DNA of 64,000 nucleotides. Origin: Octopus vulgaris. Lineage: Eukaryota. The DNA lies in the NCBI GenBank assembly GCA_951406725.2, contig OX597831.1, positions 63,922,001-63,986,000 of the forward strand. Reading direction: 5' to 3'. Made by a program: the position numbers and the translations under genes. Below the pieces are notes generated by a model that saw nothing but the letters and a program-made list of their open reading frames with translations, searched no databases and had not been told where the DNA came from. Positions 41,090-54,717 of this stretch are shown here, in pieces; within the stretch, counting starts at the first letter, position 1; the number at the start of each line of letters is the position of its first letter.

Positions 41090-41548
41090 GGATCTTTTCG
41101 GTTTGAACGGCAGTTTTTTTCTAGCGGTGTCATATGAAATTGTCACCCATAATTATGACCCTAGTATCGATCTATTGCATTTCAATCTGTTTTAGGGTTA
41201 GGGTTAGTTACAGTTGGTTACGGTTAGTTAGAGTTAGGGTTAGGGTTAGGGGTGGGGGGAAGGGTATTTTTTTTCTACACAAATGTAAATAAATCCAATC
41301 TGTTTCTTAAACGAGGGACATATTCATACGGCACAATGTTTTTTTACTTCAATGGACGTCCTTGATTGGTTGAAATTGCAGAAATTGAAGTAAAAAAACA
41401 ACAAATATCTTACAAACTATAGAATTTTCTCAATAAAGCCAAGAGAAAAAGATGTTTTATAAACACATTCTACCAGTATACGAAGTTTTCCATTTTTTTA
41501 GTTACCTAGAAATTATGTTAAAAACTACCGTTCAAACCGAAAAGATCC
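41090..41548 (+). mobile_element. MITE copy 3
   Basis: TIRs; TSD taaattta/caaattta. Confidence 0.92.
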
Positions 41549-41569
41549 CAAATTTAATATTAAAATCAT

Positions 41570-42760
41570 ACCATACTTTCGGGCTCGGTAATATAAGTAC
41601 CAGCTGTGCACTGGAGTCGATGTAATAGATTTACCTCATCCCCCAAAATTGTTGGCCTTGTGCCAAAATTTAAAGCCAATATTAAGATCATATTGTAAGC
41701 CGGTGGGCTGGCAGAATCGTTAGCACGTCGGGCAAAATGCTTTGCGATATTACGTCCGTCTTTACGTTCTGAGTTCAAATTCTATCAAGTTCAAATTTTC
41801 CTTTCATTCTTTCAGGATCTAATAAGTACTAGTTGAACAGTGGGGTCGAGTTAAACCCTACCCTAAAATTACTGGCCTTGTGCCAAATTTTGAAACCAGT
41901 ATTAGTTCCAAACTTTGGAACAAAGTCGGCTTCGGCGAAATTTGAACTCAGAATATAAAGACGGACGAAATGCCGCCGAACATTTTACTCGACGTGTTAA
42001 CGATTCTGCGAGCTCACAGTCTTATACGAAACAAACATTAAAATCATATTGATTTTTCTAGAAAAATTTGCGTGTTGATTTTATACGACTGAGGCATATT
42101 TTCGGCCAACACTGGTAATGACCAAAGGTCATGTTTACGAAAAATAAATAAAATTCGATTATATGAAAGTTTCCAGGAGAGAAATTTATGATTGTAGATG
42201 TAAGTTCGTCCCACGAGAAGTCTTAAGCAAGATCAAAACTGTCAGATATAAATTACAACATGTAATGTACAACACAGAATCTCCGATATTCAAAGCTTCG
42301 AAATCTGAAGACCGTTTGAACAAAATAATAATTCTTTCTGCAAAAGGAATTTTGTCGGGAGGAGACAAGTCCTTTACATCAAGCCCAGTGTTCAACTGGT
42401 ACTTATTTTATCGACCCCAGAAGGAGCGAATGGCAAAGTCAACCTCCGTGGAATTTGAACCCAGAACCTAAAGACGTACGAAATGACACCGAGCATTTTA
42501 CCTGACATACTAGTGGCTCGGCCAGCTCTCCCGCCTTTGCCGCACGTACAATATAATAAACCTAAAGGGGGTGAACTGACAGAATGCTTAGCGGCATTTC
42601 GTCCGTTTTTACGACTTGAGTTCAAATTCAGCCGAGGTCGACTTTGCTTTTCTTCCTTTTGGGGTCGATAAAATAAGAATCGGTTGAATACTGAGGTCCA
42701 TGTAATAACTTGCTTCCTTCCTCCGAAATTGCAGGCCTTGTGCCAAAATTTGAAACCAGA
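41570..42760. mobile_element. cluster of SINE family A variants in alternating orientation
   Basis: + 41697-41900, - 41905-42015, - 42345-42537, + 42567-42760. Confidence 0.75.
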
Positions 42761-42929
42761 GATAATAAACCTGCTGTGGTCCTTTAATGTGGTGTGGAGT
42801 GTGTGTGCTGCAAGATGCTCTATCGTATAATTTGTTCCCGGCTCCGATAAAGTGAATTTAGCATTATTCTAACACGCGCTTTTCCTCTAGGCATTTTTTA
42901 TATTACAAAATTATATATATGTTTAGACA

Positions 42930-42968
<39 letters not shown>

Positions 42969-43010
42969 GTTTGTGTGTGTGTGTATGTGTGTGTGTGTAT
43001 GTGTGTGTGT

Positions 43011-43051
<41 letters not shown>

Positions 43052-44137
43052 TGTGTGTATGTGTGTGTGTGTGTGTGTATGTGTGTTGGTCGTTACTTTC
43101 TGAGATAAATCATTCATGTCCAGGCCAACTTTTCCTTTTATCCTTCCGGATTCACTAACTGTCATTCGAATTGTTTTATTTCATAGTAAACTAGTAAATT
43201 AAAATATAAAATATTTGATTGAAACGTATGGGACGCTGCCAAGTTGGAACATCTCTAGCAAGCCTTTAGTCGCCCAACTTAATCTGCTTAATGTTCTTTA
43301 ACGTGGACACGATTTGATCTCGGGTTATTAAGGCAAGTAACCAAGTATTACGGGATGATTAGAGAGAGATTTGACTAGTATATATAGATGAAAGTATTCC
43401 ACTCGAGAATTTCTGCGAGTTTCTGTCTATATGGGTAGGGGGTCAGTACGATCACAGCAAAATATATTTCCAACCAATATTGTTTGTTTGTTTTATCATT
43501 AATCAAATCAGGTTATTTTCCTGTTGTGGCTTTTCTTCACTCGACCACTAAACAGCTCGCCTGAAAATTGTTCATCTATTGTTACTATTTCAATATATAA
43601 TGTCTTGACTAGACCATGCACCAACCAACCCACATAACTTGATTTACCATTTTCCAGTGACCTTTGAGAGTGAACTGTGCAGTGACAAGCCACTCATCGA
43701 TCTTAGAGGCTGAACAGTCTGCTTATATATTTAGTAAATTTATATTTAAAACTACCGACTTATTTTTCATGATCAAAACTAAAAATGACAGGCGAATATC
43801 GTATAGTAAAAAAGAAAAAAAAAATTTAAAACACAGTGGTTATTTTTCTGACAAAAATATTTCTTTGATCGTTGTAAAACTAGTATGAGAAATAACAATA
43901 ATTTCTAAAATAGGCACCAGGCCACACATGTTAGAAGAGACATACAGCCAATCAGATTGATGCATTTCGCTGGTACATATTTTATATTGTCGGAGGTATG
44001 AGAATAGTAACTAATGTACGAAGCAGAGACTCCACTATTGGATACCAATCTATAAGTATCAACATTAACGACAAACTTTCCAATATATTGTTTGCTATAT
44101 CCATGACAATACTATACGCTTATACTAGGAGGGTTTA

Positions 44138-44534
44138 GGATCTTTTCAGTTTGAACGGCAGTTTTTTTAAATAATTTCCACTTTTAAACTTCGTATACTG
44201 GTAGAATGTGTTTATAAAACATCTTTTTCTCTTGGCTTTATTGAGAAAATTCTATAGTTTGTAAGATATTTGTTGTTGTTTTTTTCTTCAATTTCTGCAA
44301 TTTCAACCAATCAATGACGTCTATTGAGGTGAAAACACTCTGTGCCGTATGAATATTCCCTCGTTTAAGAAACAGATTGGGTTTATTTACATTTCTGAAG
44401 AAAAAATACCCTTCCCCCCACTCCTAACCCTAAAATAGATTGAAATACAATAGATCGATACTAGGGTCATAATTATGGGTGAAAATTTCATATGACACCG
44501 CTAGAAAAAACTGCCGTTCAAACCGAAAAGATCC
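44138..44534 (-). mobile_element. MITE copy 4 (reverse orientation)
   Basis: TIRs; perfect TSD agggttta. Confidence 0.93.
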
Positions 44535-45271
44535 AGGGTTTATAACCCTTATTAATGAAAATTCAATATAGTAAAGTATAATTACTTTAAAAACGGATGG
44601 CGAGGTGAAGTGAATTAGTTCGTATAAGGAAGCAAACTTCTATAAACAAGATCAGAATCGGATATTGGAAGACTAAATAATAAATTCTCTCTTGGTTGTG
44701 CCAAAACTTCGTCGAATACTTTGCGAATGTCATGAAAGTAACGATCAGATGAAAACTCTAGACAAATATCATATGAAATGTCGTTTCACTTGAAAGTCCG
44801 CCAACTATTGTAAAGCTAAAACAATACAAATAGAAAGATCTGAAAAATAATTTCTGGGGGCCATGATATCTGTTTACATGAATATTTAACGACCGATTTA
44901 ACTATTCTTTGAGTAAACATATTCTACTGAATGAGGATATTTCATTGATATGTGCCGTTATTAATGTCAGTATAGTGAGCTTAAAAGATCAGTTCATCAG
45001 CTTAATTAATCGGTTGGTATTATAATTTATCATAGAATTTACATTGAGATGCAAAGAAGTGTGTATGTGTGTGCGCGTGCGTTCGATTACATTTATTTTG
45101 TTTTATAAGAGAGCTGCTTTCATTATCTTTCTATTTATTAACAAAAATACAAATATCTCTATAGATGAAATGTGTGTCTTAGTTTGAGTAATATTGCATG
45201 CACGTGTATAAAAGTTATTCTGTATGCACATATGTAAAGACTATATATACACTAATGCAAAATTATGCAAC

Positions 45272-45307
<36 letters not shown>

Positions 45308-45319
45308 TATGGATGGATG

Positions 45320-45409
<90 letters not shown>

Positions 45410-45809
45410 AAGATGAGTTTACATATATAATAGGATATAGAAAATAATTTTATGTATACGTGTGTTTGTTTGTGCGAGCGTATTAAAATATAAAAAGACA
45501 ATGCTTCAAAAACTACCATGCATAAAAGTAAAAAGAGTATATATATATATTTAACTAACCAGCAACCGACTTCGACCAATTTGGAGAGGTATTCTAGTCA
45601 TACTGAAATAATAGATAATATAAATTGAAATAAATTCAGTTAAATTAATCTTTCATAATATCACTTCTGGAAGTTCACATGAATTTCCTACAGAAATCAC
45701 ATGGTACAATATTTCGCTTCCTTCTTGTTATTCTTGCCTGATATCAGTTAACAGAAGCCGTAGCCGGCTGTTAATGAATAAAACAACAAACACAGCGTAC
45801 GAATCTAGT

Positions 45810-46690
45810 AAGGGATACCTAGGGATTACCTTATATAAGAAATAAACACGAGGAAAATATGGGAATTCTTTCTCCATGCACATACAAGAAAAATGGAAAA
45901 GATTGTTAAACGATTGCTTCATTCAAGCACAGAGAAACTTAGAAGAATATTCAAGTCACCATGGAATATTACCATAACCAACTCCAATTTTTAGACGTTC
46001 TCATAAAGAAAGTGAACAACCAAATAAAGCCGGATATTTACTATAAACCTACGGACTCCAAACAATATCTTCGTTTCAATTTCTGCCATCCGAGACACAC
46101 CAGAATAAACTACCATTATAACCAAGCCGAAAGGATTTGTAAAATAATTTCCTATACAAACATCTGTGACATAAGACTCCAAGAAATGAAGGATGCACCC
46201 CCTTACTGGAAATGCTCATTTTCTTGATCGATAATGGAATAGAACAAACCACGAAATTTGGTATCCAGGAAATAAGACAAAGAAATAAAGAAAGAAATTA
46301 ATTGAAATTGAAGGTCGTACCATATGTCTCCATCTATAATCCCCAAAATAATGAGGCCTACAGCATCATTTTCCAAAACATAGCGTTACTGATGAAAACA
46401 TTTCTGGGTTGAGCCAAGTCCTCCAGACACACACCACCCATAATGAGTAAAAGACAACTCAAATCATAGAAAATAAATACTTACAAAGCACATATTTCAC
46501 ACAATAACAACAAAACACAAGAGTAAGAAAATGCAGAAGACCCAATTCTATTATGTTTCAGCCTGATGGAAGGATTTGTGACTCGTTTCAAGAAAGTAAA
46601 ATTTTTCTCAATAAAAAATTACTTCGTCTGTGCATCAGAATACATAATCGATGCATTAACAAACAGAACTTATCGATATCAAACAATATA
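45810..46690 (+). mobile_element. decayed Penelope RT-thumb/linker fragment related to the 5065-9864 element
   Basis: MEYYHNQLQFLDVLIKKVNNQIKPDIYYKPTDSKQYLRFNFCHPRHTR matches the 6751-8079 ORF C-terminus. Confidence 0.85.
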
Positions 46691-47095
46691 AACATTTTGA
46701 CTTAATGCAATGCTATGGCAAAGCAGATTCCTATGACAAAGCAATTTTAGATGCATACATATGTGTGTGTATGTGTGTGTGTCTGTACACATGTGATGGA
46801 TGTGATGTATGTGGACAACATTTAGCAAAAGCTTGCTAGCTTTGAGAAGGATAGTTTGGTTGTCAGAAGCTCTGTAAATCCGGCAAAATAATCGATCAAA
46901 TGAAAAATCGATTACATATGCAAACCACCTTGTACAAATATTGTAATGTGGTAAGCTATTTGAAACACGTGTAAGTTAAAGATATCGTATTCTGTTTTGA
47001 ATTCGGAAGTACTGCTTTTTAGATATATGCTGTCCGATGGCGCTTGATCGAATACGTATATTAATTATCAGTGCTCTCAAATTCAAAATTGAAAT

Positions 47096-47179
47096 ACTAT
47101 ACTGACGACGGGAATAAGCGAGTAGAAATATGATTTTAGATCTTTTTACATCTCTTTAACCCAGAAACGCGTATACAGT
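47096..47179 (+). ncRNA. hammerhead ribozyme with extended helix II
   Basis: acuaua CUGACGA C GGG..long hairpin..CCC A GAAA CGCG UA uacagu; palindromic helix III ACGCGU. Confidence 0.68.
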
Positions 47180-47500
47180 TAATCAAAGTCCGGTGGATTC
47201 GTTATTTTTTCTCTTTACCTGCGTGAGTTGAGAGTATTACTGTCTGTGAGATATCTTATGATAGTGGAATAGTATTTAACTGCTATTTCTAAATTTCGGT
47301 ATGTGGTGAAGCAATTTTTGCTGAACCCTAGTTATAATTATGCTTATAATTATAGGATTTTTGTTTAAGTTTACCAATAATGGTTCTTTTAACATACCGA
47401 ACTACCTGTTAAAATTATTAATTATTAATTGATTAATTATTTTTCCCCTTTATTCATTATTGATTATATATATATACATAAATACATACATATATATATG

Positions 47501-47548
<48 letters not shown>

Positions 47549-47800
47549 CATTATTTCTTGATACGGGATACATTTTAAGGCAAGAAGGGATTTGTTGCTA
47601 TCTTTGAGATCTGTCTTTCGAGACACTTATTTCTTCATATTGCCAAGTGAAAAAAAAAAAATTTAATAATATGAATAATAATTAAACAGAAATCAAAAAC
47701 ATTATTTTTAAAGAGATAATGTTCCATATGTTTCAAATAGATGCAATAATATGCGTAAAATTTACAGTTTATCGAACGAACTCTCTATAAATATATATGT

Positions 47801-48120
47801 GAAGGCGCATAGCTCAGTGGCTGGAGCGTCGGACACACACTCATGAGGTAGTGAGTTCGATTCTCAGACCGAGTTGTGTATTGTGTTCTTGAGCAAGGCA
47901 CTTTATTTCATGTTGTTCCAGTTCACTCAGCTATAGAAAGGTGTTGCGATGTCAATGATGCCTTTCCCTTGGATAAAATCGGTGGCGTTGGAGAGGGGAG
48001 GCTGGTATGCACGGGCGACAACTGGTCTTCCTTAAAACAAACTTGCCCGGACTTGTGCCTCAGAGGGGAACTTTCTAGGTGCAATCCCAAGGTCATTCAT
48101 GACCGAAAGAGGTCCTCCTT
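47801..48120 (+). mobile_element. CORE-like tRNA SINE (family D)
   Basis: Box A TAGCTCAGTGG, box B GAGTTCGATTC, GTGTTCTTGAGCAAGGCACTT; TA-rich flanks. Confidence 0.75.
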
Positions 48121-48388
48121 TATGTATATATATATATATATATATATATGCTAGAAATTCATCCATGTATTAACAAAATAATGCGAAAATGTAATTTCAT
48201 ATGGGAGAGCATGATGGAATGCAATAAATTCGCATATAGAATATGAAATTTACAGTGCAACTATTGTAAACAGAACAGATAGCAAGATATATATATATAT
48301 ATATATATATATTCATTTAGAGATAGTAGGGCCCTTCATCCCACCTTATAAAAGAATTTTAATTTAAATACTTACTATTTTATAACTT

Positions 48389-48483
48389 GGCTACACGTGT
48401 TTCATGAGGTACATTTCTCGGTTCCTTGAGCACGCCGTGTTTTGCTGGAACCATTCTTGAATTATAACCCCAATCATCAGGCC
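48389..48483 (-). ncRNA. hammerhead ribozyme with ~70-nt helix II
   Basis: ggc CUGAUGA U UGGGGU..GGUUCC..GGAACC..ACCUCA U GAAA CACGUG UA gcc. Confidence 0.65.
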
Positions 48484-49220
48484 TCTATATCACTTTCTCA
48501 TAGTTTGATACTATAAACTATAATTTAATTTTTTAAACAAATAAGTATGTGTAAAATAGGTTCGCCGGACCCTACTGTACAAGCCACAATTTAATTCAAA
48601 TACAAAAATAAAAAATGAAATAAAGATGAAAATAAAAATACGAATGAAAATAAAAATTTACAAAAACTATGTTCTTACGTAACTTATGTCTATAAATATA
48701 AAATTATTAATATAATATAACACACACACACACACACACATATATACAATGTAAATTTAATGCATATGTATATGAAATATATGGAATAATATCTTTTTGA
48801 AAATAGTTTTCTTTTCGGTGGGGGAGGGTGGCTTTCCACATGTTAAAATGAAAATGTTTCGAACACAAGATCTGCAAAAGATAGCAACTTTAAAATCCTC
48901 CTCTTTGCAGAAATATTGACATAGTTTATAATGTTATTTTAGATGGGTTACGCCCGAGGGAAAATTGTTGAACTGTCACAACTGAAATGCTTTTGATCAT
49001 AGGTCCGCTTGATCAGGGATAACCTGAAGCTAAACAAAAACAATAACTGTTATATGATTATGATCAATCACTCGTGGTATAATTTAGCTGAAATTTGCTA
49101 AGCAACATTAAAGAGAATCGACAGAGGATGTTTTTTCTGAGATAATTTCTAGAAATAAATGCTTTCATACATAGGTACAAGACCAGTGATATACCGGAGT
49201 ATATCACTGGTGCAAGGGCG

Positions 49221-49645
49221 GGATCTTTTCGGTTTAAACGGCAGTTTTTCTAGCTGTGTCATATGAAATTGTCACCCATAATTATGACCCTAGTATCGAT
49301 CTATTGAATTTCAATCTGTTTTAGAGTTAGGGTTAGTTAGGGTTAGGGGTGGGGGGAAGGGTATCTTTTTTCTTCACAAATGTAAATAAACCCAATCTGT
49401 TTCTAAAACGAGGGACATATTCATACGGCACAGAATGCTTTCACCTCAATAGACGGTCATTGATTAGTTGAAATTGCAGAAATTGAAGAAAAACAACAAC
49501 AAATATCTTACAAACTATAGAATTTTCTCAATAAAGCCAAGAGAAAAAGATGTTTTATAAACAGATTCTACCAGTATACGAAGTTTAAAATTTTTTAGTT
49601 ACCTAGAAATGATGTTAAAAACTGCCGTTCAAACCGAAAAGATCC
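49221..49645 (+). mobile_element. MITE copy 5
   Basis: TIRs; perfect TSD caagggcg. Confidence 0.95.
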
Positions 49646-50873
49646 CAAGGGCGATTATAAGCGGCTGCTTTTACTGCTTAGTATTGCAGACTCGGAAGGC
49701 ATGAAAGGCGAATTTGACCGCGGTGAGATTTGAACTCAGAATAGTAAGAGCCTGGACAAATACCGAAAGGTATTTTGCTCGACGCTCTAATGATTCTACA
49801 CGTCTATCGCTTTAAAGAGAAATAAATAATGTAAAAGTAAATAATGATAATTTTTGTTTTGTTTTGTTTTTGTTCTGATTTTTGCATCAGCAACCAAAAG
49901 TTTTGAAAAAATATTCTTTGCAAAGTATATGAGGACACTTGTCTAGTTCTGAGATATAATCCAATATAGAAAATAGATTAGACGTCGTAATTTTCGGTTA
50001 AAGTCTAATTGAAATTCTTTTGTTATTGTTGCGCCTGAATTAGTATTTTTTTTTTTTGTTATTGTTAATCATTTATTTTTATTTTATTATTTTTCAGAAT
50101 ATTTTAAATGAAAACTATTTTCTGTTCGATGGGAAATTTTTTATATGGCACAAATTCTACTTCGTAAACAAATAATAGTAATCTTTGAGAAACCATCACA
50201 TAACAATCTAAAGTCCTTTCCTGTTTTTGTGTATATATTTATCGTTAATGTAAATTGTTTCTCTAAAACCATAATTCTTTTTCTTCATAACTGTTTTTAA
50301 TAATTGCATCCTATTAATACTATTGTTTCTAAAAAACATTATAAGCATCAGCATTTCCATGGTTAAAGACACTATAGTAATAATTTTTAACATTATTATC
50401 AGATGACCACAAATTATGGAGGAGGGCACAGACGATTTAATCGTCCCGACTAATTGAATATCGTTTATGTTATCCGACCCCGAGTGGGTAAATAGCAATG
50501 TTAACTACAACGAAATTTCAAAGTCTAGTAACCTTTAACAAGTCCTGAAACCTGAGGGAGGGCTATAGTCGAATATGTCTACCCGAGTGGTTGACTGGCG
50601 CATTATTTTATCACTAGGATTTCATCATAGAATAAAAGGCTTTCCAGTTTGAAACCCTGCACAATTGTCATCGTCAGGATTTGAACTCAGAACATAGAAT
50701 GTTGTAATTAAATAATTTCTGAGTTACGTACATGTATGTATTATGTATGTACGTATGCAGAAAGAGAAGCATGGAGAGGAATGATTTATAGAAAAACAAA
50801 AGACGAAAATGGTGTATGAACAACAAGTAGGTGCATTAGTTTGACGCTCGGAAAAATGAAAAATGAAAAAGTA

Positions 50874-50907
50874 TTTTACGTTTCGAGCCTACACTCTTCA
50901 ACAGAAA
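50874..50907 (-). ncRNA. minimal hammerhead-like motif (CUGUUGA core variant)
   Basis: uuu CUGUUGA A GAGU guag GCUC GAAA CG UA aaa; next to a PLE RT fragment. Confidence 0.5.
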
Positions 50908-50964
50908 GAAATAAGGGGAAAAAACAGAGAGTAAATGAAAAAAACTGTAGATTTAGCAGTTAAG

Positions 50965-51232
50965 CATGGCATGGACCTCCTAAACCACCTCCCCAAACAC
51001 TCCAACAGGACATTTTCATCGCCTCCATTGATGTGATAAACCTCTATACTATGATTACACCAATACGGATAGAAAATGTCCAATGAGATCCCAGAAAGAA
51101 TAGAAAAAGATTTTATCATCGCAGGACTTAAGTTCATTTTTCAAAACAACGTTTTCAACTTTAATGATAACACTTGTAAACAGATATCGGGACTACGATG
51201 GGTACAAAAATTGTCCCAACTTACGATAATGT
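50965..51232 (+). mobile_element. decayed Penelope RT fragment
   Basis: MDLLNHLP..DVINLY..NEIPERIEKDFIIAGLKFIFQNNVFNFND..MGTKIVPTY parallels the 6751-8079 ORF. Confidence 0.8.
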
Positions 51233-51237
51233 ACATT

Positions 51238-51273
<36 letters not shown>

Positions 51274-52106
51274 TATACGCCGATACACACACACACAGAC
51301 ACAAATATAACACAACCCACGCACGCACACACGCAAACAGACACGTACACACATACATACACACGCTGAGAACACTAGATCCCTTGGAAGAAAGTAGCGA
51401 ATGTATACGAAAACAAGGACGGAAAAATACAGAAATAGCTTCGACACAAATAGCATCGTTAGCTCCAAACATTGTACTGGGATACACATAATCAATAATA
51501 AATATGGAGGAATAACTACTGTCGCAGCTCCGACCGTGGCCCTCTTGCCTGCCTCTGCTGGACCACTACCAGAATCTGCAAGAGTACAGAGATAAAATGC
51601 ATGGTGAAGAGAGTAGGGCATATTCAGACGGTCATACAGCACCACATAGATTTCTTCATTGCATGTCGGGTGTGTATAGTTTGGCCCTCTGCTAAATGAA
51701 CTATTGATATAACTAGATCAGTAGATCTACCAGTTACATCAACTAGTGACAATTCGTTCAATTGATGACTTTTGTGCTATAGATCTGCTTTATCAGAGAT
51801 GACTTGAAGTTGCACATTAGCACCAACAATACTGTGGAATAATTATAAATAATCTCTAATTTGATGTTGCAAGAAACAACGCCCAGCAGGAGAACCTATT
51901 AAAATCTGCACCAGAATTAGGATAATATGGCTAACATTTGACAAATGCACTAAAACTACTTTAAGAAGAGCGGATTGTACTAAACGAGAAACAGGGTTAA
52001 ATTCTAGCAAAAAATGAGAAACACCCATATTAACAGCAACAAGTAGAAATGAAGAATAAAATTTATAAAGATTATTACAGAAGAGTTACACCAAAAAGAA
52101 ATATTG

Positions 52107-53032
52107 ACTTCAAATTTTGACACAAGGCCAGCAATTTTGAAGAAAGAAGCTAGTCGATTACATCAACCCCAGTGCTCAACTAGTACTTATTTTATCGATC
52201 TCGAAAGGACGAAAGGCGAAGTCGACTTCTGTGGAATTTGAACTCAGAACGAAATTTTGCTAAGCTTTTCGCCTGGCGTGCTGACGATTCTGCCAGCACT
52301 CTGCCTTCCTAAAAACTAATGTTAGTTTCAAATTTCGGGGGAGGTTAAATCGATTACATCGACCCTTGTGTTCAACTGGTACTTACTTTATCGACCCCGA
52401 AGAGATGACAGGCATAGTTGACCACGACAGAATTTGAACTCAGAACGTAAAGACGGACGAAATGCCGCTAAGTAATTTGTCCGGTGTGCCAATGATTCTG
52501 TCAGCACGCTGCCTTACTAAATAGTAATATTAAAAACTAAACTCAACACGATAAATAAGATAATAGCTATAAATACCATATTTATTCCAATCAAAAACTA
52601 CTGCTTCAATATAATTAAATTAGAAGGGCGGTGAGCTGGCAGAATCGTCAGGTCGCCGGCCTGAGTTCAAGTTTCACCGGTCGACTTTGCCTTTCATCCT
52701 TTCGGGGTCGATTAAATAAGTACCAGTTACACACTGGGGTCGATATAATCGACTTAATTCCTTTGTCTGTCCTTGTTTGTACCCTCTATGTTTAGCCCCT
52801 TCTGGGCAATAAAGGAATATATAATTAAATTAGAAGGGCAGCGAGTTGGCAGAATCGTCAGGACGCCGGTCTGAGTTCAAGTTTCGTCGAGGTCGACTTT
52901 GCCATCTCATTCTTTCGGAATCGATTAAATAAGTACCAGTTACGCACTGGGGTCGATATAATCAACTTAATCTCTTTGTCTGTCCTTGTTTGTCCCCTCT
53001 ATATTTAGCTCCCTGTGGGCAATAAAGAAATA
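52107..53032. mobile_element. four SINE family A copies (- 52107-52308, - 52325-52515, + 52627-52818, + 52837-53032)
   Basis: Family A signature in each; the last two share the same internal deletion. Confidence 0.85.
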
Positions 53033-53361
53033 AATATAATTAAATTAGGAGTTAAGGGAATTGAAGAACTCATAAAAGAAACTAAAACTACTCATCATCA
53101 TACAGTTGTTACAGATAGAATATATTTACCCCAGTATACAAAGAGGGTTGGACTTGATATAAACAGAGAAGCGTTACAAATTGACTGAAGCGAAATTACC
53201 TGGTTCAATAAGAAGACATTGAGAAAACGATAGAAAAACCTTCCTGCTGTAAATAAGGAAACTATAAAGAACAGAGTAAAAGCTAATGAAAAGCTGATCA
53301 CGATGAAGAAAGGGTTTTGTCTTTTATCGATATAGACAAAACAGTACAAAGAATAAAACGA

Positions 53362-53796
53362 GAATCTTTTCGGCTTGAACGGCAGTTTTTTTTTTTAGCG
53401 GTGTCATATGAAATTGTCACCCATAATTATGACCCTAGTATCGATCTATTGCATTTCAATCTGTTTTAGGGTTAGGGTTAGTTAGGGTTAGGGTTAGGGG
53501 TGGAGAGAAGGGTATCTATTTTTCTTCACAAATGTAAATAAACCCAATCTGTTTCATAAACGAGGGACATATTCATACGGCACAGAATGTTTTCAACTCA
53601 ATAGACGTCATTGATTGGTTGAAATTGCAGAAATTGAAGAAAAAAACAACAAATATCTTACAAACTATAGAATTTTCTCAATAAAGCCAAGAGAAAAAGA
53701 TGTTTTATAAACACATTCTACCAGTATACGAAGTTTAAAAGTGTTTAGTTACGTGGAAATTATTTTAAAAAACTGCCGTTCAAACTGAAAAGATCC
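53362..53796 (+). mobile_element. MITE copy 6
   Basis: TIRs; perfect TSD taaaacga. Confidence 0.95.
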
Positions 53797-54717
53797 TAAA
53801 ACGAAACTGAATGTGTATTTTAAATGAGACTAAGAAAAAAATACGAAATAAAAAACAAAATAAAAAACATCATCACTAATAATGGGCAAGGAAGAAAATC
53901 AACATGAAAATTGATATGAAAACTGAGAGGATGAATACTAAGACGATAGATTGTCTAATCATGCACAAATGTGTGTAAAAATGAGGTGGCTACAATAATA
54001 TAGGACATACCTATCCTAATTTATCGTGACCAACTAAGAGAATAAATTGCATGAACACGCACGAGACATGGTGTAAGACAAATATCCGACTACGACAATC
54101 TAGACCACACCTCTACAGTTTGCACGGAGACCAAATTGAACCACTCAGATATAATAAAAGAGAGAAATATAAATCAATGTACTTTGGAAGTTATTTCGTT
54201 TGAAAGTTATTACGAAAGGAAGTCGAGAGACTATCAAAGCAAGGGGATCTTGAATTGTTATTTTCAAGAGAAAAAAAGCCGATACCTATTAATAATCGGT
54301 CAACCGGATACAACAAAGAACCTGAAAAGCAAAAACAAAAGACACATAAATTCATATCAGAGCTTTCTATTTTCTCACAGTTCAAGTAACTCTTCTAATC
54401 ACAGCTACAATCTAACACTTTCAATTCAGTAGCATATTTCACTCCTTCTCTTTCAGTGATCAAATGATATCTTGTGTCATTTTCCTCGCATCAGATTTAA
54501 TCTTTCGATCTTTCTTCCTAAGCAATACTGCGCACTTATTCACCCCCAAAATGCATGCCACCATCTTGTTATTGACTACCCGAGGATTTAGTCGTAATTT
54601 TCATCGGTCCAAGATATAACTTCACTTCAAAGATCACTAAACGAAAATTTCGTTTTTTTTTTTTTCTGGCTTACCTACCCATTCAAGTTTTAGTTACCTG
54701 TTGTTGACGACTACTTC

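Noticed and set aside
53900-54300. Very decayed GIY-YIG-like remnant (NIGHT..LHEHARD)
   Set aside because: Too fragmentary to call without a profile search.
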